This document shows, in pieces, positions 12,350-31,187 of a stretch of DNA of 64,000 nucleotides (its first letter is position 1; each line of letters opens with the position of its first letter). The position numbers were made by a program, and so were the translations under genes. Source of the stretch: Eledone cirrhosa (taxonomy: Eukaryota); the NCBI GenBank assembly GCA_964016885.1, contig CAXHJY010000995.1, positions 12,892-76,891 of the forward strand, given 5' to 3'. The notes under the pieces are model-generated. The model had not been told where the DNA came from. It searched no databases and was given only the letters and a program-made list of their open reading frames with translations.

Positions 12350-12669
12350 GGCACATGGCTTAGTGGTTAGAGCCTTGCAATCGAAAGGTTGTGAGTTCAA
12401 TTCTCAGACCGGGTGATGTGTTGTTTCCTTGAGCAAGACACTTTATTTCACATTGCTCCAGTTTACTCAGCTGTAGAAATGAGATAGAGACTGGGGTCCC
12501 TATCATTCCACTGCAAAGTGGTCATGGAGGTGCCACGGCAAAAAAAGCACCCAGCACTCGCTGTAAATGAGGTTGGTGTTAGGAAGGGCATCCAGCTGTA
12601 GAAATCAAGCCAGAATCAGTTCCTGTCCCACCCTTGCAAGCAGGGAAAAAGCGGACGTAAAATGATGAT
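12350..12669 (+). mobile_element. SINE family A
   Basis: ggcacatggcttagtgg...ggacgtaaaatgatgat, flanked by (TA)n. Confidence 0.88.
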
Positions 12670-12737
12670 ATATATATGTGTATGTATGTGTTCTTATGGC
12701 GTTTCACCTGTATATTCAGAGGATTATCAGAATAGAC

Positions 12738-12788
12738 TCTTGTCGGACGATCCTGTGAGTACACAAGTGAAACTCCATAGTAACAAGA
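12738..12788 (+). ncRNA. Near-complete type-I hammerhead motif
   Basis: tcttgt-CGGACGA-t-cctgtg(agta)cacaag-t-GAAA-ct(ccat)ag-TA-acaaga; single core change U4G; gtattgagtac at 12829-12839. Confidence 0.6.
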
Positions 12789-12968
12789 CTCACCACTTAC
12801 CTATAATAAAGAGTATTTAAACTCTTTGGTATTGAGTACTCATTTTCACCTCTGTCAATATGGCACAGATAAAAGTCACCAGCTACTTGTAGCTGGTAGA
12901 ACATTTTAAATTCTCAGCTCTTCTGGCTATGACAATGGAGAGATATATGATTATACACTTGTATGTGT

Positions 12969-13000
<32 letters not shown>

Positions 13001-13002
<2 letters not shown>

Positions 13003-13194
13003 CGAAGGAAATGTGGTAAGGAACCAGGTGGACCATAACGCACCAAAGTACTCAATACTTGGGGTAGTAGAGTGGGTAATAGGAACGAGTAGGACCCCGA
13101 CGGTTGAGCTCAAGCCGTTTTGACGGCTAATTCTGGACAGTCCAGAATTAGCCGTCGAAATGGCTTGAGCTCAGCCGTCGGGGTCCTACTCGTT

Positions 13195-13199
<5 letters not shown>
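13001..13199 (-). mobile_element. Hairpin element, copy D, in (TA)n
   Basis: 60-bp arms at 13079-13138 / 13140-13199 with a 1-nt loop and three G-T mismatches; same tail as copy C. Confidence 0.7.
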
Positions 13200-13237
<38 letters not shown>

Positions 13238-13566
13238 TATATGTACATTTAGGTTTGTTGGTTCACCACTGGATAGAACTGGCCATTCCATATGGTCAAC
13301 CTCGATATAATATTAGGGAGTGCACTCGAAGGCGGTCGTCCTGACTAGAAACTACTAAATGTGTGGCCGCCTTCCTGTCTTTGCCTTTTCAGCCCTATGG
13401 ATCATACTCCTTTGTTAAATTTCGAATACCTGATGTCACCAGATTCATACTGAACCCGGTCATTGAAATGTTCATAGTATAGTAAACCTTTAAGGAATTA
13501 CACCTGTCCAGCCTCCTGTTATTTTATATATACACATATATATATAAATAAATGTGTGTCTATATA

Positions 13567-13613
<47 letters not shown>

Positions 13614-13624
13614 GTGTCTATATA

Positions 13625-13679
<55 letters not shown>

Positions 13680-13700
13680 GTGTGTCTATATATGTGTGCG

Positions 13701-13733
<33 letters not shown>

Positions 13734-13744
13734 GTGTGTCTATA

Positions 13745-13817
<73 letters not shown>

Positions 13818-14200
13818 CTATATATGTATCTGTGAAACAGTAGTAGAATACATTTGCTTGATTATAAAACAATGGTTTAATATCTATTTTTTTCTTTGTT
13901 TACCCCTGCCCACATACATATATATATCTGATTAGTTTTTTTCATTGTATTTGGTATTGTGTGGCTCGGCCTGCCTGCCGCAATTTTCATTTTGTCAAGC
14001 AGTCTAAACATATGTTATTACTCTAAGGGCCTACCTTATTGAATGCTTTGCTGTTCATTCCTAATTGTAGGTCGTTAGCTTAGCCACAGCCAAAGCTTCG
14101 ATTTTACTAAGCTTCCACTTATATATATATTTCTTTCGTATTCGCCTCATTCGGGAAACCTCTGGTAATGAGGTAATTATATTGTATTGATTTTTATACA

Positions 14201-14231
<31 letters not shown>

Positions 14232-14419
14232 GTGTGTGTGAATGTGTGTAAACAATGGAGGTTTAATGAGCTTTTTTTAACTAATGAATAATTAATAAGA
14301 AATAGTAGTGCATTACCATGGTGACAAATAAGATCTTGTATGTGTAGCATGATTTAATTTGCTGGATTTCTAAGTTTGAACAGTAATCAAGATGAAAGCT
14401 GAGACAGTCTTGTTATTGT

Positions 14420-14850
14420 TTAACCTCAGATGAGACTTGTTTGAGTAGTGTAGTTGCTGTTTGATTCCAGATTAACTCTGATTGAACTGACCCATGATCT
14501 GTTGTTGTTTAAATCCAGATCAACTCTGTTTGAGCTGATCCATGATCTGTTGTTGTTTAATTCCCGCCCAGCTCTGGTTGAGTAGTGTAGTTGGTTGAGC
14601 TGACCCGTGATCTGTTGTTTAATCCCAGATCAACTCTGGTTGAGTAGTGTAGTTGGTTGAGCTGACCTGTGATCTGTTGTTTAATCCCAGATCAACTCTG
14701 GTTGAGTAGTGTAGTTGTTGTTTAGCCTTCAGATCAAACTTGGTTGAGCTGACCTGTGATCTGTTGTTTAATCCCTGATCATCTCTGATCAGCCTTGGTT
14801 GAGCAGTGTAATTGTTTAATCCCAGATCAGCCCTGTTTGAGCAGAATAAG
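14420..14850. repeat. Degenerate minisatellite (gatctgttgtttaatcccagatcaactctggttgag...)
   Basis: Repeated blocks of variable length. Confidence 0.7.
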
Positions 14851-15232
14851 CTGTTGTTCTTTGTCAATTCTTAGATTCCCTGATCTTCCTCCCAAGCATC
14901 ATTCTTGAAAACCACTAACTCTGTATACAAGGTTTGATGTATTGTAAGTTAAGTGTGGTTGTGCTAGCCAGGAAAACATGTTAAATGATTGTGTGTGTGT
15001 GTGTGTGAGAAAACTAAATCAACAGCTGATGTTTTTAATATTAACATATTAACATATTAACATATTAAACAATATAGTCTTTGAGAACAAAAGAATGAAA
15101 TGTGAAACTAACATGTTACCAAATATATGCCTCACTGAATATACATCCTCTTTATAAATTGTTCTATAGAAACACATGCACATATCTAATAGAAATAGGT
15201 GTGCATGTTAATGTATTTATATATGTTTCTAC

Positions 15233-15269
<37 letters not shown>

Positions 15270-15284
15270 ACACACATATATATA

Positions 15285-15292
15285 TATATGTG

Positions 15293-15333
<41 letters not shown>

Positions 15334-15377
15334 TATATATATATATATTATATGTACATATATATATATATATTATA

Positions 15378-15421
<44 letters not shown>

Positions 15422-15970
15422 TATAATATATATGTACATATAATATATATATATATATGTACATATAATATATATATATATATGTACATATAATATATAT
15501 ATATATATGTACATATAATATATATATATATATATGTACATATAATATATATATATATATATGTACATATAATATATATATATATATATGTACATATAAT
15601 ATATATATATATATATATGTACATATAATATATATATATATATATGTACATATAATATATATATATATATATGTACATATAATATATATATATATATATG
15701 TACATATAATATATATATATATATATATGTACATATAATATATATATATATATATATGTACATATAATATATATATATATATATGTACATATAATATATA
15801 TATATATATATATGTACATATAATATATATATATATATATATGTACATATAATATATATATATATATATGTACATATAATATATATATATATATATGTAC
15901 ATATAATATATATATATATATGTACATATAATATATATATATATATATGTATATATATATGTACATATAT
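15285..15970. repeat. (TA)n-derived minisatellite tgtacatataa(ta)n
   Basis: Direct inspection. Confidence 0.95.
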
Positions 15971-15974
15971 ATCA

Positions 15975-16157
15975 GAATAGAGGTGGTAAAAGCCAGTTAG
16001 ACTATTACTTGCCAGAGTACTTGATACTTGGGGTAGTAGAGCAGATATGAAAAATTCATGACCCTGAAGGCTGAGCTTCGGCCGTTTCAACAGCTAGATC
16101 CGAACTAGCTGTTGAAAAAGCCGGTGCTCAGCTGGCAGGGTCATGAATTTTTCATAT
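15975..16157 (-). mobile_element. Hairpin element, copy F (divergent subfamily)
   Basis: gagtacttgatacttggggtagtagag tail; arms atatgaaaaattcatgaccctg...aacagctag / ctagctgtt...cagggtcatgaatttttcatat. Confidence 0.6.
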
Positions 16158-16346
16158 ATATTTTTAAACATACAGTATATTATCAAATATAATATACATA
16201 CATTCATATATACATTGCTATTTCGGAGCACCAATACTAATCTCTAATTTTTGCTGGACCAGCAATCGCTCTGTTTAATCAGCTTAGACATTACTGGAAT
16301 TCTATAAGAATCCAGCTTCTATAATTCTCGGCAGAAGCAAAGGAGT

Positions 16347-16397
16347 GAGTGATCATGATAACCGGTAACGAGCGAGAAACAGGACTGTCGATTACTC
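16347..16397 (+). ncRNA. Degenerate type-I hammerhead motif
   Basis: gagtgatc-ATGATAA-...-GAAA-cag(ga)ctg-TC-gattactc; 8-bp stem I; GUC site; two core changes. Confidence 0.4.
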
Positions 16398-16669
16398 CCC
16401 TTTGTTTTTGTCAAGAATAAGTAAGTGACATAGGGACTACTTTAAAATTCATAGCAAATGGTCTTCAAAATGTTTCTAATTAAACATACAGTATATTATC
16501 AAATATACTATACATACATTCATATATATATATGTTTTCTACTAGTGTACGTATATATGTATGTCCATGTTTTCTACTAGTATATGTATGTCGTTTTCAT
16601 TTTGTGATGATTTTTCTGTTATTTTCCTCTGAAACTGTTATCTAATTCTGTTTTATTTTCTCTTTCCAG

Positions 16670-16687
16670 AACTGCCGGCTGAGGAAG
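16670..16687 (+). CDS. SERCA: SERCA Ca2+-ATPase, 18-nt microexon (equivalent to ATP2A exon 2), (E)LPAEE(G)
   Basis: ttttattttctctttccag|AACTGCCGGCTGAGGAAG|gtaggt; phase 1/1; encodes the conserved N-terminal ELPAEEG and joins in frame to the exon at 27446. Confidence 0.92.
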
Positions 16688-16786
16688 GTAGGTTCTTTTC
16701 TGATTTCCATCAAATTCCACCATCTTACCACTTTCATCTTGACACTCTTCTAAACATATTCCTCTTTTAACATCTAGTAAGTGGTT

Positions 16787-17376
16787 GACAACTCTCACTT
16801 GCAATGTGGTCAACATCTGGTCGGCATCTCATTGCAACAGATGACAACTCTCACTTGCACTGTGGTCAACATCTGGTCAGCATCTCATTGCACCAGATGA
16901 CGACTCTCACTTGCAATGTGGTCAACATCTGGTCGGCATCTCATTGTAACAGATGACAACTCACTTGCACTGTGGTCAACATCTGGTCAGCATCTCATTG
17001 TAACAGATGACAACTCTCACTTGCACTGTGGTCAACATCTGGTCAGCATCTCATTGCAACAGATGACAACTCTCACTTGCACTGTGGTCAACATCTGGTC
17101 AGCATCTCATTGCAACAGATGACAACTCTCACTTGCACTGTGGTCAACATCTGGTCAGCATCTCATTGCAACAGATGACAACTCTCACTTGCACTGTGGT
17201 CAACATCTGGTCAGCATCTCATTGCAACAGATGACAACTCTCACTTGCACTGTGGTCAACATCTGGTCAGCATCTCATTGCAACAGATGACAACTCTCAC
17301 TTGCACTGTGGTCAACATCTGGTCAGCATCTCATTGTAACAGATGACAACTCTCACTTGCACTGTGATCAACATCT
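16787..17376. repeat. 56-bp minisatellite, ~10.5 copies
   Basis: Unit gacaactctcacttgcactgtggtcaacatctggtcagcatctcattgcaacagat. Confidence 0.95.
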
Positions 17377-18164
17377 AGATACGTGCACCAGATGTCACCC
17401 CGAAGTGAGTGGGTTGTATTTTCTAACTTACTCCTCAGCTGCAGATATTTCAGTGTTGGATCAATTGTGGCTTAGTTATATATTTCATTCATTTTAATTA
17501 TCAAATGAACGACTTGCTGAAAACGGCAACAGCTGGGCATGAGGATGTCTGAAATACATGAATTAAGGGGGGGGGGGGATGACACTTTTTTCTTTGGTTT
17601 TCTTTTAATCCTTTACCATTCTATATTTACTATTGTATTTTCATGATAAACTCTTTATCTCAAAAAATTATCTGGCATAATATTGAATTGGAGATTTTGA
17701 TATTATTTATTTTGAGAACAATACCTTAACATAAGTGTAAGCAGACAGCTTGTTTGAACAGAAATAGGTGGGAGAATTCTAGCCGGATACAGCTGGTTTA
17801 AATATTAAAGGGTTAAAGCTATCTGTGGCCCCTTGGTTCATCGGATCAGGTGAATTGCCCCTAGGTTAATATGTAAAAATAAACCCTCTAAAGGGACATG
17901 CTACACTCACTGAAAATCTCTTTAAATAGAGCACAATGTTTGTGTGTACTATCTGTCCAGGAAAACCATGTAGAGGCTTGCTCACTGACTCGTAATCTTC
18001 ATAATTATTACGGTCAGTAACGGTGATAGCTGTGGTCAAATGTCACTGGCTTTATTTATTGTATCTCTCTTTCCATTTTTCTCTTTCCGATTCTATTCCG
18101 ATATCTGCTGATGATCTCTTGCAAGAAGTCAAATCAAAAATGTCAGCTTGAATCATATTAACAG

Positions 18165-18185
18165 CTCTTTCTCTCTCTTTCTCTC

Positions 18186-18250
<65 letters not shown>

Positions 18251-18440
18251 ATCTCTTTTTCTTTCTCTATCTCTTTTTCTTTCTCTCTTTCTTTCTCTTT
18301 CTTTCTCTTTCTTTCTCTTTCTTTCTCTTTCTTTCTCTCTCTTTCTCTCGTTCGTTCTCTCTTTCTTTCTCTCATTCGTTCTCTCTTTATCTCACTCGTT
18401 CGCTCTCTTTCTCTCGTTCGCTCGTTCTTTCTCTCTCACA
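18165..18440. repeat. CT-rich microsatellite
   Basis: Direct inspection. Confidence 0.95.
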
Positions 18441-19100
18441 CACATTAGCCCCCTCCCCTCTCCTCCATCCAACCCCCTCTATTACAGAAAGGAAAAAAGC
18501 CCGACCCAAACACTCTGACTAAATGACTATCCTGTGACATTTAAATCTAGTTAAGAATTATTAATATTGTGTATTTATTAATATCTATTAGATGGTTGTT
18601 TGATATAGTTTGACAGCATTCCGTTTCTCTCTCATACTCTGAAGAGGAGGAAGGAGGTTCAACGACTTGACACTATAAGTTTGGGGCGGGGAAGAATTTT
18701 TATTGATTGGATTTAGTTGAACGGGAAAAACAACACTCAATAAATGGCTAGTGATTCTGTAATCAGTGTTGGACAACATACTTAGTGGCATAGAGTTATG
18801 GCTCTTTACATTTTGAGTTCAAATCCCGCCGAGGTTAGCTTTACTTTTCATCGTCGATAAAATAGAATAAAATAAAGTACCAGTAATGCACTGGGGGTAA
18901 TTGTTGGCTTTGTGCCAAAAGTAGAAACAATTATTCTAGTGGATTGGCAGAATCAGTGGAGTGTTGGACGCCATGCTTTGCATCATAGTTACAGCCTTTT
19001 TCGTTCTGAGTTCAAATCCCACTGAGGTTAGCTTTACCTTTTATGGGGTCAATGAAATAAAGTATCAGGGTATTTGTTGGGATGAAGCTAGGCAAGGAAT

Positions 19101-19580
19101 GCTGTCAGGCAGGACCCCTAAGGAGTGCTGTCAGGCAGGAACCCTAAGGACTGCTGTCAGGCAGGACCCTAAGGACTGCTGTCAGGCAGGAACCCTAAGG
19201 ACTGCTGTCAGGCAGGACCCTAAGGAGTGCTGTCAGGCAGGAACCCTAAGGAGTGCTGTCAGGCAGGAACCCTAAGGAGTGCTGTCAGGCAGGAACCCTA
19301 AGGAGTGCTGTCAGGCAGGAACCCTAAGGACTGCTGTCAGGCAGGAACCCTAAGGACTGCTGTCAGGCAGGACCCCTAAGGACTGCTGTCAGGCAGGACC
19401 CCTAAGGACTGCTGTCAGGCAGGACCCCTAAGGAGTGCTGTCAGGCAAGACCCCTAAAGTGCTGCCAGGCAGGACCCCTAAGGAGTGCTGTAAGGCAAGA
19501 CCCCTAAAGTGCTGCCAGGCAGGAACCCTAAGGAGTGCTATCAGCAAGACCCCTAAGGAGTGCTGTCAGGCAGGACCCTT
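19101..19580. repeat. 25-26-bp minisatellite
   Basis: Unit gctgtcaggcaggaaccctaaggagt. Confidence 0.95.
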
Positions 19581-20119
19581 AATTAGTGATCAATTGTATC
19601 CTGTATAATCTAAAACTGGATGATGATGGATGCACTCTGGTTGATTTAGCAATTTAGCATTTAATCCGACCGTTTCCCATTAGTTCTCTTACCCTGTTTC
19701 TGTTCAAACTAGTTGTAATCGGTCATTCATACTGATGTTAAGGTATTGTTCCCAAAATCATATCAAAATCTCATAGATTTGATATTGAGATAATTCTGTG
19801 AAAATACAATAGTATATATATAGTGATGTAAATGGTAAAGGGTTGACTTCCCCTTTCCTCATTGCTGGCCTTGTGCCTAAATCAGAAACCATCATTCTAC
19901 TGGTTTCAGTCAGGAGACAGCTGCAATACTGGAGCACCTCAGTCATGAAGCTACTAATGTCTTAAGTAGCCAAGAGCTTCATGTCTGGGATGGCAGTGGG
20001 GTACTCTTCAAACTAGGTACTCCTACTCCTTGTGTGGTGAGAAGTAGGGTACTCTTGAAACTAGGTATTCCTACAGACAAGCATTCATGATAGACATCAT
20101 ACCCATCATGGGGACCTTT

Positions 20120-20751
20120 TTAACCCTTTAATGTTCAAACCAGCCAAAACTGGCCAGAATTCTCTACATCTTTCTGTTGAAACTGGCTGTAACTAGCCAC
20201 TCAAACTGATGTTAAGGTATTGTTCTCAAAATAAATACTTTCAAGATCTCATAGATTCGATATTATGTGAGGTAAAGCCTTTACCATGAAAATATAATTG
20301 TTTCTACTTTTGGCACAAGGTCAGCAATTACCCAGTGTATTACTGGTACTTTTTATCGACCCCCGTAAGGATGAAAGGCAAAGTTAACCTCGGTGGGATT
20401 TGAACACAGAATGGCAAGGGCCATAACTCTATGCGTCAGAGCATGGCGTCCAACCCTCTACCAATACTGCCAATCCACCGCCCTTTACTATAAAAATATA
20501 ATTGTTTCTACTTTTGGCACAAGGCCATCAAATTACTCAGTACATTACTGGTACTTTATTTTATCGACCCCGTAAGGATGAAAGGCAAAGTTAACCTCGG
20601 CGGGATTTGAACTCTCACCGTAAAGGGAGGACGTAACTATGCTGGAAAGCATGGCGTCCGACTCTCTACCAATACTGCCAATCCACACCCTTTACCATAA
20701 AAATATAATAGTATATATATATATAGAGTAATGTGAATGCCAAAGAGTTAA
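20120..20751 (-). mobile_element. piggyBac-type MITE interrupted by two tandem SINE-B copies
   Basis: TTAA ends; SINE-B at ~20297-20480 and ~20500-20690, each followed by a copy of ctttacyatraaaatataat. Confidence 0.75.
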
Positions 20752-21027
20752 GGCAGTGTTTTATGCCTGATACCCTTCTTTGAGCTAAGCTAACCTGAGC
20801 CTTCAGTCACCTGTTACAGGGATCAAGTATTCCTCATCTAAACTAGATGTAGCCAGCAAAATGAGGTTTACTTATACACTGAAGAATAATTCACCATTAT
20901 CATTATTTTGTCTGGATATTAGTGGGTTGGCCGGTAGAATGGTGGGCCCATGCTGAGTGGCATTAGAGTTAAGCCACTTGGCAGTCTGAGTTCAAATCAC
21001 ACAGATGTTAACTTTGCCTTTCTTCCA

Positions 21028-27540
<6,513 letters not shown>

Positions 27541-28273
27541 TAATTCCCTACTCTTTCAATCGTCATTAAATTGATATAAAACATTCATATTAACCCTTTA
27601 TGTACTTGATACACTAAACTACCTGAAATCACATTTGGACCTTTCATGTGGCTTAGTGGTTTGTGTTCAGCTCACACCCATAAAGTTTTGTATTCCTGGG
27701 CCCAGTGGTATCTTGAGCTTTTTCATATTGCTCCAGTTCTCTCAACTGGCAAAAATGAACTGTATCTGTAATTGAAAGGGCCAGCCTTGTCACACAGTGT
27801 GTGTGTTATGAGGAATCTCCCTGAGAACTATATTAAGGGTGTATGTGTCTCACGAGCAGAATGGCAACATTCAATTTGATTTCGACTGAGCTACCAACAA
27901 TAAATACCAGTGAAAAAACATTTACCTAGAGTTATTCAGTTTCTTCTGTCTGAGTTTGTAGATGTGGATAAATGTGCAGCATTGTAATTTAGCAATGAGT
28001 GTTTGGAGGCAGCTTTTGCAGATCTATTACCTGCCTCAAAAAAGAAAAAAATTATATTTTATTGATCCTGGAAGTGACTTAAGACATTTGTTATCACCCC
28101 TGCACAGGATTTGAACTCGGGGTGTAACGGACCGTATAATTGAGAAAATGTCTCGAATCAAGGCACCCATTACACTCGGATGAATGTGGGAATGTATGTA
28201 AGCAAGTCTTTAGTTATCAGTCTTCTTAATATATGGTTGATGAAAATATATGTATATAAAAGCACTCAGGCCG

Positions 28274-28806
28274 CACTGTAAAGTGGTCGTGTGGGTGTCA
28301 AGCCAAAAAGTACCCAGTCTACACTGTAAAGTGGTCGTGTGGGTGTCAAGCCAAAAAGTACCCAGTCTACACTGTAAAGTGGTTGTGTGGGTGTCAAGCC
28401 AAAAAGTACCCAGTCTACACTGTAAGGTGGTTGTGTGGGTGTCAAGCCAAAAAGTACCCAGTCTACACTGTAAAGTGGTCGTGTGGGTGTCAAGCCAAAA
28501 AGTACCCAGTCTACACTGTAAAGTGGTCATGTGGGTGTCAAGCCAAAAAGTACCCAGTCTACACTGTAAAGTGGTCGTGTAGGTGTCACAACAAAAAGCA
28601 CTCAGTCTACTCTGTAAAGTGGTTGTGTAGGAGTCGCAACAAAAAGCACCCAGTTCTCACTGTAAATGTAGTTGGTGTTAGGAAGGGCATCCAGCTGTAG
28701 AAATTCTGCCGAAAACAGTTCTATCTGACCAAAACTGCGTCACCTGACTGAGACAACCCGTCTAACCCATGCTAGCGTGGAAAGTGGACGTTAAACGATA
28801 ATGACG
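28274..28806 (+). repeat. 48-bp minisatellite (~8 copies) running into an RTE/SINE 3' tail
   Basis: Unit cactgtaaagtggtcgtgtgggtgtcaagccaaaaagtacccagtcta, then gttaggaagggcatccagctgtagaaa...ggacgttaaacgat. Confidence 0.9.
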
Positions 28807-29670
28807 ATTTAGTGCCCTGTGAAAAAGTCACCATGTCGCAGTCGTATTTGTGGTCGGTAGTAAAATATCTGTATTTACTATCTATGTATTTACTATCTGG
28901 TGAAAAGCGCCATGCTGCAGGCCTTGAGCTAAATAATCGTCTGTATTTCAGTCTGCTTTTGGAAACCCTTAGGTGTCACAGCTCTTAGAGAAGGAAAAAG
29001 TTAGGTAGTGATGGAGAGAGTGAGAAGGAATGTGAGGGAGAGACCTTCAAACCTGTGCCTCTTCTGACCTTCATACTGTTATGCCTGGATACATACATAT
29101 ACGTACAAGCACACACACACACACACACACACACATACATACACACATACATACATACATACATACATACATAAAAATAAAAGCAACTTGAACCAACTTG
29201 AAAGGAAAACAGTCCAAGCCAATTTTAATTTGGAGATATATTTTTGTAATTAAAAACAAACCTCAATTACTAAAATGTTATTAATTACGTCATTATAATT
29301 TGTGGCAATGTTTTGATATATCTTTTTATCTCTCTTTCTATCTCTCTCTCTCCCTTTCTTTCTCTCTTTCTATCTCTCTCTCTCCCTTTCTTTCTCTTTC
29401 TTTCTATCTCTCTCCCTTTCTCTTTCGCCCTTTCTATCCCTCTCTCTCTCCCTATCTCTCTCCCTTTCTATCCCTATATCTCTCTCCCTTTCTCTCTCTC
29501 CCTCCCTCTCTTTCTCTTTCCTTCTCTCTCATTACTTTCTCTCTCTTACTGTGTGTATGTGTATATACATGTGCATACATATATATGTATAGTTATGTGT
29601 ATACGTTTGTAAGCTTATGTGTATATGTTTATGAATGTGTGGATATGTATGTGAGTATATGTGTGTGTGA

Positions 29671-29822
<152 letters not shown>

Positions 29823-30652
29823 ATAGCTGATTGCTTGTCTCAAAGAACTATTGGTTGTTTATATTCCTTTGCACGGGAGTCAGCAGCTGGCATGTATGTT
29901 TGTATTGCTAGTATGTTTGAGTGTATGTACATATGTATGCATCTGTGTATATATATATCTATGCATCTGTGTATATATATGTATGCATTTTTGTATCTTT
30001 ATATATTTATATATATATGCATGTATGTATATATGTGTGTGTGCGTAGCTTATGTATATATATATATGTATACATGTATATATATATGTAGGTGTTATTG
30101 TGTGGTAGTAGCAGTACCTCCTACTACTAAAAGATGGTGTAAGATGATAACTCAAGTGCTACATTCTCCTGTTACATAGAACACCTTCTCATCTAGAGGC
30201 TTCTTACCACACTGCTACCACCACTACTACTACTGGTGCTACTACCACCACCACCACCACCACTATCACCTCTACTACCACCACCACCACTACTACTACT
30301 ACTGGTGCTACTACCACCACCACTATCACCTCTACTACTACCACCACCACTACTACTACTGCTGCTACCACCACCACTATCACCTCTACTACCACCATCA
30401 CCACTCTTGCTGCTATAGTGCCAACCATTTTACATTCTTCCCCTGTGATGAAGCTCTCATGCTGATTGCCTCTCTCTCTCTATCTCTATCTCGCTCACAC
30501 ACACACATGGATGCCCCCCCCCCCACTCATATGCATGCCTGCACACACAAGTTTGTATACATACACACACACACGCACACACATGTATGCATACATTATC
30601 ATCGCTTTTACGTTTGTTTTTTCATGGGTTGGACAAATGGAAGTGCACTCAC

Positions 30653-30850
<198 letters not shown>

Positions 30851-31187
30851 TCATACATATATATATATATATATGTATATTCACATATACTTGTTTATTC
30901 AGTGCAGAAACATATGTATGTATGTGTGTGTATACATGTGCATGCTTACGTATATACATAAATGCATGTATGCACTTGCATGTAAACACTTGAGCTTCAT
31001 GCATATTATGCACATGCATGTCTACACGCATACACATTTATACCTGCATATATATATATATATACACCTGTAGTTGATCCTCATCATCATTTAACTGGTG
31101 ATGGTGGTTTGATATATATATGTCATATATTTAAAACCTATGGTCATTGTGGGGATGGTGGTGATGATGATGATTGATGTGTGTATA

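Noticed and set aside
12350-12420. tRNA gene
   Set aside because: The A/B boxes belong to a multi-copy SINE head; no proper cloverleaf or terminator.
14061-14190. Possible GIY-YIG C-terminal remnant (KLSKIEALAVAKL) or deleted hammerhead
   Set aside because: Too short, and the two readings are on conflicting strands; not supportable without a search.
1-16660. SERCA first coding exon
   Set aside because: No ME.AH.K...GL...YG.N-like exon found by eye; presumably upstream of the window.
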